Both the position numbers and the translations under genes were made by a program. 64,000 nucleotides of DNA from a virus (lineage: Duplodnaviria > Caudoviricetes): IMG/VR virus record IMGVR_UViG_3300042567_001420. One strand, given 5' to 3'. Shown here piece after piece: positions 47,848 to 55,835 of this stretch. The notes under the pieces were generated by a model. That model was not told where the DNA came from, made no database searches, and saw only the letters and a program-made list of their open reading frames with translations. The first letter of the stretch is position 1; each line of letters starts with the position of its first letter.

Positions 47848-48378
47848 TTATTTGTAAAAAATGTGATTGCCAATTTGTGCGATTTGTTGTCGTTTCCATC
47901 CAGGTGAAACGTATGTTGCGTGATAATAAAGTGCTTCAGTTAGACCAGCTAATCGGAATCCCTCAAGTAATACTTTCTTAGCTACCTCATATGATTCTCT
48001 ATATGCGGATTGGTGAATAGGTCTTGTCTTTGTAGAAGTTTCGCAGTACCAACTAAACTGACAAATAACTTTTTCATACACTACGTTCTTTTGATATACA
48101 ACTTTACATATATCGTTTGGAAATCCAGCATTTGCTGCTCTATTCATTGTTACTTGAGCCACTGCGACTTTACCTTCGAATGGTTCACTTCTTGCTTCGT
48201 GGTAAATATTTTTTGCCAAACAATCCAATTGCTGTTCTCTAACTGCAACCGTTGCTTTAGTATCGTTAAAATTTAGTTGTTTTAAATTTTGTAGTTTCGA
48301 TGTTGTTACTTGTGTTAGTATTGATACCAACAATACTGCAGATACTGCTACTAAAAATGTTTGTGTATATGTTTTCAT
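47848..48378 (-). CDS. SleB-like cell wall hydrolase with N-terminal membrane anchor
   Basis: CLAKNIYHEARSEPFEGKVAVAQVTMNR, CQFSW, ALYYHATYV.P.W, IGNHIFY. Confidence 0.92.
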   Translation of the reverse strand: MKTYTQTFLVAVSAVLLVSILTQVTTSKLQNLKQLNFNDTKATVAVREQQLDCLAKNIYHEARSEPFEGKVAVAQVTMNRAANAGFPNDICKVVYQKNVVYEKVICQFSWYCETSTKTRPIHQSAYRESYEVAKKVLLEGFRLAGLTEALYYHATYVSPGWKRQQIAQIGNHIFYK

Positions 48379-48415
48379 TTATCTATGCAAGGGGATTTCT
48401 CCCCCTGCCTTCAGA

Positions 48416-48688
48416 TTACTTTTTACTAATAGTCTTTATATTATCTTGAGGAATGTTAGAAACAAAGCCATTCAATACATGAGCCTTTGCAATAATATCA
48501 GTTTCTGAGGGGTAGGCTGGAAAGCCTGGGTGATCCGGAGGTGTTTGGCCAGCATGTTTAGCTGTCTCTACCTTAGTAGACCAATCGTTAGATATTACTT
48601 CACGTTTACCGTAGTAATCGTCACCAAGCATATCTTTGGCCATTTTTAAAAGTTCTAATCTAATTTCGAACGGTGTCATATTACTCAT
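48416..48688 (-). CDS. Hypothetical protein downstream of tmRNA
   Basis: SD AAGGAG; MTPFEIRLELLKMAKDML...YPSETDIIAKA..LNGFVS. Confidence 0.75.
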   Translation of the reverse strand: MSNMTPFEIRLELLKMAKDMLGDDYYGKREVISNDWSTKVETAKHAGQTPPDHPGFPAYPSETDIIAKAHVLNGFVSNIPQDNIKTISKK

Positions 48689-48773
48689 TTTAATCTCCTT
48701 GTGTGTATGAGTGTTTGTAAAATGGTTAGTTATTCTGTTACGAGGAAACTAACCGAAACCCTAGCTACCTTAT

Positions 48774-48806
48774 TTAGGCGGCAATGCGAAACTGTGAGTC
48801 GTTTGC
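48774..48806 (-). other. tmRNA proteolysis-tag reading frame ANDSQFRIAA*
   Basis: GTAAAC-GCA AAC GAC TCA CAG TTT CGC ATT GCC GCC TAA. Confidence 0.9.
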
Positions 48807-48863
48807 GTTTACTTTGTTTTAGTTTTAACATCTACTCTGATGTGCTGTCCACTCTGGTACTCT

Positions 48864-49061
48864 TTACCCTGTCGAATCTATTTCAGGCCCATCATAAAGA
48901 CTTTTCCAACGATTGTGTGCTTCGAAATAACTAATCCAAACACACCCTTCGCATCCTTTACCGCAACAAGAATTTGGCTTTTGCGGTTCGGGCGGTAAAT
49001 CTTTATGGTGGACCTGGCGGGATTCGCACCCGCGTCCAGAATCTGTTTCTCTTTGCTTCAT
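48864..49061 (-). CDS. 65-aa Oxidored-like cysteine-motif protein overlapping the tmRNA precursor
   Basis: PPEPQKPNSCCGKGCEGCVWISY.EA..RW motif falls exactly in the tmRNA intervening segment. Confidence 0.6.
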   Translation of the reverse strand: MKQRETDSGRGCESRQVHHKDLPPEPQKPNSCCGKGCEGCVWISYFEAHNRWKSLYDGPEIDSTG

Positions 49062-49075
49062 ACAGCAATAACTCT

Positions 49076-49104
49076 ATTATAACGCCTTTTGTTTAAGAAG
49101 TCAA
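49076..49104 (-). promoter_or_regulatory. sigma70-type promoter for tmRNA
   Basis: TTGACT-17 nt-TATAAT; predicted start near 49069. Confidence 0.85.
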
Positions 49105-49767
49105 AAGTTGTTTGTCCTTTTCGTATAAATCTCTATACTCTAATAATTTGGTTACCCAATTATCTCGTTTTTCGACAAATACTTGCGGATCATCGTTTTC
49201 AACTGCCATAATAATAACTAATTTACTTACAGGTACCCCTGTTCGTTCTTCATACATAACTGCATATGCAGCACATTGCATAAAGTAATTATGAATGTGA
49301 TCTTTATCTTTTCGTCTACTAGACGTTTTATAATCTATAATTGCTAAGCGACCTTCATATTCGGCAACACAATCTACAGTCCCCGCCAATCTTAAATGAT
49401 CGGAATATAATCTTTGTTCTTGAACATGAACATTGTTAATTTTGTGTAAATATGGAATAATACTTTCAAACAATTCTCTTTGAAATACTGGAATTGTATC
49501 TAGCACATTTACATTATTAAGATAATTCTCACAATGTAAGTGCATTTTAGTGCCACGTCTTGCAGCTGCACTTGCAATTTTATTTGCTTGTTCTTCACCT
49601 ACTCTTTTACGCCATTCCATCAGACCTTGTTTACCATGTGCTGATAAAACAGTGGTTACCGAAGGATATTTTTTACCATTCGGTGTTGCGTAAAATCTTA
49701 CTCCATCTTCTCGAGTAACTTGTTCCAGTTTCTCAAATTCTTTCACCTTAACATGATTATAAATCAT
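49093..49767 (-). CDS. PD-(D/E)XK exonuclease (MGME1/Cas4-like superfamily)
   Basis: YPSVTTVLS, RGTKMH, LAGTVDCVAEYEGRLAIIDYKTS, YFMQCAAYA. Confidence 0.9.
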   Translation of the reverse strand: MIYNHVKVKEFEKLEQVTREDGVRFYATPNGKKYPSVTTVLSAHGKQGLMEWRKRVGEEQANKIASAAARRGTKMHLHCENYLNNVNVLDTIPVFQRELFESIIPYLHKINNVHVQEQRLYSDHLRLAGTVDCVAEYEGRLAIIDYKTSSRRKDKDHIHNYFMQCAAYAVMYEERTGVPVSKLVIIMAVENDDPQVFVEKRDNWVTKLLEYRDLYEKDKQLLTS

Positions 49768-49769
49768 TC

Positions 49770-50408
49770 TTATTCCTGTAATATTTCCACTGCGTGATTG
49801 TAGTGTTTAAGTCTATCTTCAAGACCAATAAATCCACCATTGATTTTCTTTGTCATCATTTTAATATCTTGCGCATCAGCAAGCACATTTAAATTATTAG
49901 CATTCCAGAACCAGCATGCAGAATTTAACGCATAGTAGGGTTGAACTAGAATATCAGGTTGTTCTAATAAAGTATGATCGTCAAAAAATGCTTCAGAACA
50001 TTTTGTGTAATTATGTTTACCTGTTAATTGAATTAAGCCTCTGCCTCTAAATTTCCAACCCTCACCACTTGCTTCGTCTCCATTACCCATTCTATTTGCG
50101 TACACTTTATTAGCAATCTTTTCAGGTTGTCTTGCGTATTGGGTTGCGATTTGAGGATTAGGAAAATACTTACCAAATATCTTTTGCAGGCCATCTGCAC
50201 TATAGTTAAGATTTTCTTGCATAATCGCAAATCCGCCAGATTCATGAGCGCATTGTGCAATAAATGCAGAGACTCGAGCGATATCGTTGATACCATATTG
50301 CGGTAAAGTTTCTACCATTGAGTCATACCACTCTTGGTGGTTTTTAACTCGAGGTAATAAATGCTGTACTTTGTCTAATGTGAAATCGAAATCAAATCCA
50401 TCTGCCAT
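49770..50408 (-). CDS. GH19 family endolysin
   Basis: FIAQCAHESGGF...ENLNYS, FRGRGLIQLTGKHNY, SACWFW, TKKINGG..GL.DR. Confidence 0.93.
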   Translation of the reverse strand: MADGFDFDFTLDKVQHLLPRVKNHQEWYDSMVETLPQYGINDIARVSAFIAQCAHESGGFAIMQENLNYSADGLQKIFGKYFPNPQIATQYARQPEKIANKVYANRMGNGDEASGEGWKFRGRGLIQLTGKHNYTKCSEAFFDDHTLLEQPDILVQPYYALNSACWFWNANNLNVLADAQDIKMMTKKINGGFIGLEDRLKHYNHAVEILQE

Positions 50409-50420
50409 TTGTATTATCCT

Positions 50421-50714
50421 TTATCTTTGATAGCAAATTCGTTCTCTTTTTATTGTGCCATCAGGTTGTTGTGTTTCTTTCCAAGCAGAACATTCCATAT
50501 TGTTTTCAACAGTAACACTCGGTTGTTGAATAATTACTGTGCTGGGATATTGCTGCGATCTACTAATTCCATATCCAATTGCTCCGGCTATAATTAAGGG
50601 AACAACTAAATCACTAGATGTACGATACGGACCGTGTCTCGAGTGCCAGTGCATATATTGCGCTGATGCAGTTGCTGAAAATAATAAAGTAATAAGAATT
50701 AGAAGTTTTTTCAT
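50421..50714 (-). CDS. Small secreted/membrane protein
   Basis: Signal peptide MKKLLILITLLFSATASA; second hydrophobic segment; C-terminal Cys pair. Confidence 0.75.
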   Translation of the reverse strand: MKKLLILITLLFSATASAQYMHWHSRHGPYRTSSDLVVPLIIAGAIGYGISRSQQYPSTVIIQQPSVTVENNMECSAWKETQQPDGTIKRERICYQR

Positions 50715-50762
50715 TTTAGTTTCTTTTGATGAAAAAGAGCCGAATTATTAGCTCGACTCTTT

Positions 50763-50770
50763 TATTTATA
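50763..50770 (-). promoter_or_regulatory. Late promoter TATAAATA ahead of the secreted protein and GH19
   Basis: Exact TATAAATA immediately after the phoH stop. Confidence 0.8.
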
Positions 50771-51523
50771 TTAATGAACGATGTGTCTACTTTCGTAGTC
50801 TAATCTAGCAAGAATATACTCCTTAACAAGTTTTGATCTAACAATATCATCTACACCAAATTCGAAGACCTTAAAAGAGGGCATAAGGTCGGCAATTGCC
50901 ATGAATTTTTTTAGTCCAGACATATCGGTTTTTCTATACAAATCCGTTTGGCGAAAATCGCCGCAAAATATAATTTTTGACCGCTCTCCTACGCGAGTCA
51001 TAATTGAATTAAGTTCCATATCTGTCATATTCTGACATTCATCTACAACGATAATAGAATCATCTAGAGTAATGCCTCTGACAAACGACGTAATTAAAAA
51101 CTTTACTGCACCTTGTTCCGTCAATCTTTGATACGCATCGCTACGACCAAAAAGATCTTCACAAATTCCGATATAAGGTTCAGTATATACTTCTGTTTTT
51201 TCTTTTTCATCTCCCGGTAGATGTCCGATTTCTCTGCTAGGAACAGCTGATCGAACGATTATTACTTGTCGATATGGATTTGATTTATCTAATACTTCCT
51301 CCAATGCGTGATAGAGTGCTATGAATGTTTTTCCTGTCCCGGCTACTCCATGAAGCAACATGATTTTGGAATTATCATATGCATCAAATACTCGCCGCTG
51401 GTTGTCTGTCAATGGATCAATTGTTTTCATATCATCTATTCTCATCTTTAGTTTGTTGTTAACAACTAAATTGAGCGGTGGATGAGTTGGCTGCAATTGA
51501 AGATTATTTTTAGACTTGGCCAT
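50771..51523 (-). CDS. phoH: PhoH-like ATPase
   Basis: GVAGTGKT, IGHLPG, FVRGITLD..IIVVDECQN, GDFRQTDL, DDIVRS; start MAKSK with SD GAGGG. Confidence 0.95.
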   Translation of the reverse strand: MAKSKNNLQLQPTHPPLNLVVNNKLKMRIDDMKTIDPLTDNQRRVFDAYDNSKIMLLHGVAGTGKTFIALYHALEEVLDKSNPYRQVIIVRSAVPSREIGHLPGDEKEKTEVYTEPYIGICEDLFGRSDAYQRLTEQGAVKFLITSFVRGITLDDSIIVVDECQNMTDMELNSIMTRVGERSKIIFCGDFRQTDLYRKTDMSGLKKFMAIADLMPSFKVFEFGVDDIVRSKLVKEYILARLDYESRHIVH

Positions 51524-51537
51524 GTATACCCTCTTAA

Positions 51538-51577
51538 GAAAAAGAAAGGACACTAGCTACCGTGCTATTGTCCCCTC
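51538..51577 (-). terminator. Terminator-like hairpin immediately upstream of phoH
   Basis: GAGGGGACA...TGTCCTTTC stem with inner TAGC/GCTA pairing, followed by TTTTT. Confidence 0.6.
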
Positions 51578-51601
51578 AGGTAAAAATTGAATTGAAACAT
51601 T

Positions 51602-51859
51602 TTATCGTCTACTTAATTTGTCTGCCAAGTTACTCTTATAATTTTGAGAGTGTATCTTAGACAAGACTTCTTTAAAACCACCATCAGGTTGAGTAATCCC
51701 GAGACGAACGGGATCACCTAGTGCAGGAGCACCGGTGATGATGTTTTCGTGATTTATTGATTTGCAATTTGTGCATTGCTGTTCTGGGCGTGCTGCGTAA
51801 CGACATAACACGTCGAATATTGTATCACAATCGTTGCATTTTAATGTATAACTAGGCAT
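51602..51859 (-). CDS. FmdB-like zinc-ribbon protein
   Basis: MPSYTLKCNDC...CTNC; PDGGFKEVLSKI. Confidence 0.8.
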   Translation of the reverse strand: MPSYTLKCNDCDTIFDVLCRYAARPEQQCTNCKSINHENIITGAPALGDPVRLGITQPDGGFKEVLSKIHSQNYKSNLADKLSRR

Positions 51860-52394
51860 ATGTAAACCATTCAGGTATTTGTCGTTTTTTCCAGGCTGCT
51901 AGATGTTGCTTTGCACCTAGGTAATAATTTATATATGATCTGACGGAATTACCGGACACCTTATACTCATCTGGCATTGCCGGAGTGGGTTCAGTAAATC
52001 CTACACCTTTTGGGATATTAGCAGGTGGCTTATACAATGCATCTACTAATCGAGCAGTTGCGTGTGTTCTACCATACCTATACGTGTATTCTTCTAATAC
52101 TGCAATGAATAGCTTATATAACCATTCATAATTTTCATATGATTGTCTTACCCAAATCGCTGAAGGATGATTAATATGAGTAGAACGGTACAAAGTATAT
52201 TCACGCTCATCGGAAATAACATACCTGGTTTGTTTTCGATTAGTTTTACTGACACCCACAGATTGAAAACCATCAAGAACACGATGAGCAGTAGAAAGAA
52301 GTTGAGCATATTCGAGTATCATTTTAACGACGTGTTTATCGTTGTGCAATTCAGCGCACTTTTTAGGATCATGGTGTAAATAAAAAATATTCAT
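51852..52394 (-). CDS. Pyrimidine-dimer DNA glycosylase-like protein
   Basis: MNIFYL...HNDKHVVKMILEYAQLLSTAH, THINHPSAIWVR, YTYRYGRTH, PTPAMPDEY. Confidence 0.8.
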   Translation of the reverse strand: MNIFYLHHDPKKCAELHNDKHVVKMILEYAQLLSTAHRVLDGFQSVGVSKTNRKQTRYVISDEREYTLYRSTHINHPSAIWVRQSYENYEWLYKLFIAVLEEYTYRYGRTHATARLVDALYKPPANIPKGVGFTEPTPAMPDEYKVSGNSVRSYINYYLGAKQHLAAWKKRQIPEWFTYA

Positions 52395-52639
52395 ATATAT
52401 GTATCAATATTAGAACCTCTTTGATGAATCTCGAATTGTTTCTTTTGCCTAATACTTTCATACTCTCGTATTTTTTCGATTTCTTTCATTAATTGAATTG
52501 CAAGAATGCGCCGGGCTTGTTCCGTAGCTTCTTTTAGTTTTTCGTTTTCGAATCTTTCAAGTTTACGAGTATATTCAATTATTCCATATTTTCTATTATA
52601 TAGATTATTAGTTATTTCCGTACTTGTTATTTTACTCAT
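52391..52639 (-). CDS. Hypothetical protein
   Basis: 82-aa ORF with 4-nt overlaps to both neighbours. Confidence 0.6.
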   Translation of the reverse strand: MSKITSTEITNNLYNRKYGIIEYTRKLERFENEKLKEATEQARRILAIQLMKEIEKIREYESIRQKKQFEIHQRGSNIDTYI

Positions 52640-53970
52640 TTTATTTTTTTGCTTGAATCTGCTATATCTTTATCTTCACGCATTTCAATAAATGTAGGCA
52701 AGAACAGACGTTCTACGCCGTCTCCGCGATCTTTAATGCGTGCGTTATATTTAACAGTTACGATTTTTCCAATTACAGCTTGTTTGGTAAATTCTTTACG
52801 TTGTTCATCGGAATATCCTGAACCCACATTAACTTGAATTAATCCGTCAGATGATTCGCAAACTAGTGCTCCCAATCTGCCGACATTTTTGCCGGTACCT
52901 TCTTCCCAATTAACAACCACAAGATCACATTCCAATTCACCTTTGAATTTAATTTGCTCCTTAGAGCGTTTATCTTCCCAGATGTTTGTTTTAGATTTGA
53001 GTATAGTACCTTCTTGACCTTCTGCTAAGAATTTCTCAAAAATCGTTTGTGCTTCAAATTGATTATTTACTTCTTTAGTCCAAACACAATCAATCAATGC
53101 ACCCAATGCTTTATTTGATGTTTTTAGATTAACCGTGCGTTTAACTAAAAATTGTAAACGATCTTCATACGGTGTAACAAATTTACCAATTTTAAAATCA
53201 TCATATGGAATAGCATCCCATAATGTTACACGAACAGAACTTGCTTCTGTTTCTGACATTGTACCTTTAACACCTTTGCTTAAGATACCATTGCCTGTTT
53301 TACGATCAAGAGGTTTGCCTGCAGAATCTACAACTAATAGCTCACCATCAAAAACATAATTGGCACCGTAATAAGAAGCCAATTTGAGTAAAGCATCGCT
53401 AAATAGCTTACTTGGAATATTAAGTTCTTTACCATTGCGGCTCCTGTATTCTACTGTGCCATTTCGGACGATTGCGTTAAAACGCATGCCATCTAATTTT
53501 AACTGACAATATGCCGGGAATTTAATTTTGTCGACAAGCTTTTGGTCGAATCCAGAAGCCAACATAACCGGATACGTTGAGATAAGCTTGGGCCAGATTT
53601 TGTTTGCGGTTGCTTCACTGACTCCACAACGAAGGTCTTGCTTGATGATACGCTCAATAACGCTGGCATCTTTTTCATTCACTGACTCCAATACAAAGGT
53701 TAGATGTTCAATTGCTGCATTGCCCGTCACATTGCGGGTTGCAAATTCATTAAGGAGTTCTTGCATAGCCCAAGTTAAAGATTGTTTACCTTTAGCTTGT
53801 TTGGTGTATGCTGGAATTTTGCGAATATAATAACTGATAAGAGGATCTAGCGCAATTCGAAACGCTTCTTTTAGGTCAGCATTATTCTTATTGGTTGTAA
53901 GAATTGCTTCTTTAGCCAAGCGAGAATTGTCAGATGCGAGTTGATCTAAAATATCATATACCGTTGTCAT
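52636..53970 (-). CDS. gp30: ATP-dependent DNA ligase gp30
   Basis: QLKLDGMR (KxDG), FDGEL, EGTILK, WEDKRS..QIKFK, VGSGYSD, LFLPTF. Confidence 0.97.
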   Translation of the reverse strand: MTTVYDILDQLASDNSRLAKEAILTTNKNNADLKEAFRIALDPLISYYIRKIPAYTKQAKGKQSLTWAMQELLNEFATRNVTGNAAIEHLTFVLESVNEKDASVIERIIKQDLRCGVSEATANKIWPKLISTYPVMLASGFDQKLVDKIKFPAYCQLKLDGMRFNAIVRNGTVEYRSRNGKELNIPSKLFSDALLKLASYYGANYVFDGELLVVDSAGKPLDRKTGNGILSKGVKGTMSETEASSVRVTLWDAIPYDDFKIGKFVTPYEDRLQFLVKRTVNLKTSNKALGALIDCVWTKEVNNQFEAQTIFEKFLAEGQEGTILKSKTNIWEDKRSKEQIKFKGELECDLVVVNWEEGTGKNVGRLGALVCESSDGLIQVNVGSGYSDEQRKEFTKQAVIGKIVTVKYNARIKDRGDGVERLFLPTFIEMREDKDIADSSKKIK

Positions 53971-53993
53971 AATAACCTTTCTTCATATGCTTT

Positions 53994-54022
53994 ATTATAA
54001 CATCTTTTTTGGTAAGTGTCAA
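53994..54022 (-). promoter_or_regulatory. sigma70 early promoter (ligase)
   Basis: TTGACA-cttaccaaaaaagatgt-TATAAT, 17-nt spacer. Confidence 0.9.
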
Positions 54023-54041
54023 GCATAAAAGTGCTCATTTT

Positions 54042-54230
54042 TTAAGCAAATGGTCGCATTTCGGTGTTGATTTTATAAGTAATACTTGTATACTTATGAG
54101 GAGCATCTTCAACCGCTTGTTTGGCTTTTTCTAATTTTTGGATATCGTCATAAACACCGATAATATCTTGTTTTCGAGTACGACCAATAGTGTCACGCCA
54201 TTCAGCTTCTAAAATATACAAGGTTTTCAT
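54042..54230 (-). CDS. Hypothetical protein
   Basis: Likely start MKTLYILEAEW right after the dsbA stop. Confidence 0.55.
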   Translation of the reverse strand: MKTLYILEAEWRDTIGRTRKQDIIGVYDDIQKLEKAKQAVEDAPHKYTSITYKINTEMRPFA

Positions 54231-54231
54231 A

Positions 54232-54504
54232 TTATGCAGACATTCTTGTAGAATTTGTAATGGTCTCATACATTGTTTCAAATTCTTCATGTTCTTCAAT
54301 TTCTTTGGTAAAATTTTGTTTGTGATATACCTTAGCCATACGACGAAATGTCTTTTTGCTAAGTTCTAGATTATCACATAACTCTTTAATTGCTTCTCGT
54401 TGAAACTCACGTTCACCTTCAGTACGTGTCATACTTGCTGAAAGTTCTTTCATACAATCAAGAATTGCTTTACGATCCGTGGGACTGGATGGGATACCTG
54501 CCAT
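54232..54504 (-). CDS. dsbA: T4 DsbA-like dsDNA-binding protein
   Basis: AIKELCDNLELSKKTFRRMAKVYHKQNF...EEFETMYETI pattern. Confidence 0.75.
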   Translation of the reverse strand: MAGIPSSPTDRKAILDCMKELSASMTRTEGEREFQREAIKELCDNLELSKKTFRRMAKVYHKQNFTKEIEEHEEFETMYETITNSTRMSA

Positions 54505-54507
54505 AAT

Positions 54508-55272
54508 TTATTTCCTTTCAATATCATCTTCAATACAATTGTCGCCATACTGGATTTCGACAATCTTCAATGGTGACTCAGTTTCATTACAAAGCTGATG
54601 CCACTCTGTTTTACCAATATGGAGATTTTCAAATTTATTGAATTTCCCAATTAGTTCAACATCTGTGCTACAATTTAACGTATAAACCGTAGCTGTTCCT
54701 TCTGATACAAACCAATGCTCGCTTCGATCTTTATGTCGTTGCATACTTAAACATTTGCCAGGGGCAACAGTTAATTCTTTTACTTTGACATCTTTACTTT
54801 GTTCATGAAGAACTCGATAATAGCCCCACACCCTTTCAGTTTTAGGTGTTTTCCATTCTTGTAATATCCATGAACTAGAATTAATTTTGTTTTCGCCACC
54901 AACGCCAAACGCAAAAACTAAATTATCATCTTTAATATCCATCTCGGGAATATTTTCCTGAGTACGATCTCCGCCATTTGCAAAAACAATTTGATCATTG
55001 GGATATAATGCTCGCAAATCTCGAATAGCTTCTTTAGCTGATCCATCTCGATCATTAAAAAATATTGTACGATCTACCATGCTCAAATTTTTAACAATGC
55101 CATTACGCTCTTGTTCAGGCATAAACGGTGCACCTTTTTTACGACTAAGCCATGCATCTGAATTTATTCCAACAACTAATAAATCACCTAATTTTTTAGC
55201 TGATTTAAAATATTCAATATGCCCAGAATGTAAGGGATCAAACCCTCCGGTTACTAAAACTATTTTTCTCAT
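54508..55272 (-). CDS. Cytidylyltransferase-like domain fused to a type II phosphomannose isomerase-like cupin
   Basis: TGGFDPLHSGH (HxGH), GINSD, FANGGDR; RVWGYY...ELTV.PG..LSMQRH..RSEHW...EIQYG...EDDIER. Confidence 0.88.
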   Translation of the reverse strand: MRKIVLVTGGFDPLHSGHIEYFKSAKKLGDLLVVGINSDAWLSRKKGAPFMPEQERNGIVKNLSMVDRTIFFNDRDGSAKEAIRDLRALYPNDQIVFANGGDRTQENIPEMDIKDDNLVFAFGVGGENKINSSSWILQEWKTPKTERVWGYYRVLHEQSKDVKVKELTVAPGKCLSMQRHKDRSEHWFVSEGTATVYTLNCSTDVELIGKFNKFENLHIGKTEWHQLCNETESPLKIVEIQYGDNCIEDDIERK

Positions 55273-55667
55273 TATCGCCTCATTGTAGAAATTTCTTTTG
55301 CCTCGTCATCACTAAAGATGGGGACAGCATTAGACTTGTGCATTGTACCAATACCTAGAACCTTTGTTCCAGTATACACGGGTGCCGGCTTGCTAGAAAC
55401 TGCACCTGTTATTTTATCGTTTAAACTTTTAATATTTTTATTCGTAATGCCTCGGGGATTAGAAGATACCGGAGGAATATACGCATCTGCTTCCATAGCT
55501 CGTTTACGTTTTTTATCCTCATCTGCAATACCCCATTTTTTCTGCATAAGTTTCCATTCTTCTGCTAAAGCTCTAGCATTACGTGCCTGTTCAGCACTTT
55601 GAAATTTAACTTTTGATTTCTTTTTTCCGGTTGTAGATAACCAGGGTCCAACGATGTGCATTGTCAT
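55272..55667 (-). CDS. Conserved phage hypothetical protein
   Basis: C-terminal YTG..VLGIGTMHKSNAVPIFS...A.EIS.MRR. Confidence 0.75.
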   Translation of the reverse strand: MTMHIVGPWLSTTGKKKSKVKFQSAEQARNARALAEEWKLMQKKWGIADEDKKRKRAMEADAYIPPVSSNPRGITNKNIKSLNDKITGAVSSKPAPVYTGTKVLGIGTMHKSNAVPIFSDDEAKEISTMRR

Positions 55668-55686
55668 ATTAAATCTCCCATACTAT

Positions 55687-55715
55687 ATTATAACATCTTT
55701 TTCAATACTTGTCAA
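55687..55715 (-). promoter_or_regulatory. sigma70 early promoter
   Basis: TTGACA-agtattgaaaaagatgt-TATAAT, 17-nt spacer. Confidence 0.9.
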
Positions 55716-55835
55716 ATGCTCGATATTTGTGGTGGTTTACCGTTCTACTGTCATACATTGGGTCATCTGGTATATCATCCGAAACTAACCAATTACTTAC
55801 GACTGGTTCGGGTTCGTCTCGTTTGAAGAACCTAG

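Larger units (their letters stand above)
48724..49069 (-). ncRNA. ssrA: Circularly permuted (two-piece) tmRNA gene
   Basis: Acceptor piece ...GACGCGGGTGCGAATCCCGCCAGGTCCACCA (CCA ends at 49006) lies upstream of the coding piece GGGCCTGAAATAGATTCGAC (G1 at 48890); GGGCCTG/CAGGTCC stem has G3:U70; tag frame present. Confidence 0.93.

Noticed and set aside
48386-48408. GCAGGGGGA-GAAA-TCCCCTTGC hairpin as a terminator
   Set aside because: No U tract follows on the coding strand; more likely a stabilising or processing hairpin, so not called
49006-49040. Looks like the 3' half of a tRNA or a prophage attachment site
   Set aside because: Its pairing 5' strand lies downstream with a tag ORF and there is no anticodon arm, so it is the acceptor piece of a permuted tmRNA; no integrase in the window
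49093-49767. Cas4-like nuclease suggesting a CRISPR system
   Set aside because: No repeat-spacer array or other cas genes; standalone PD-(D/E)XK exonucleases are common in T4-like phages
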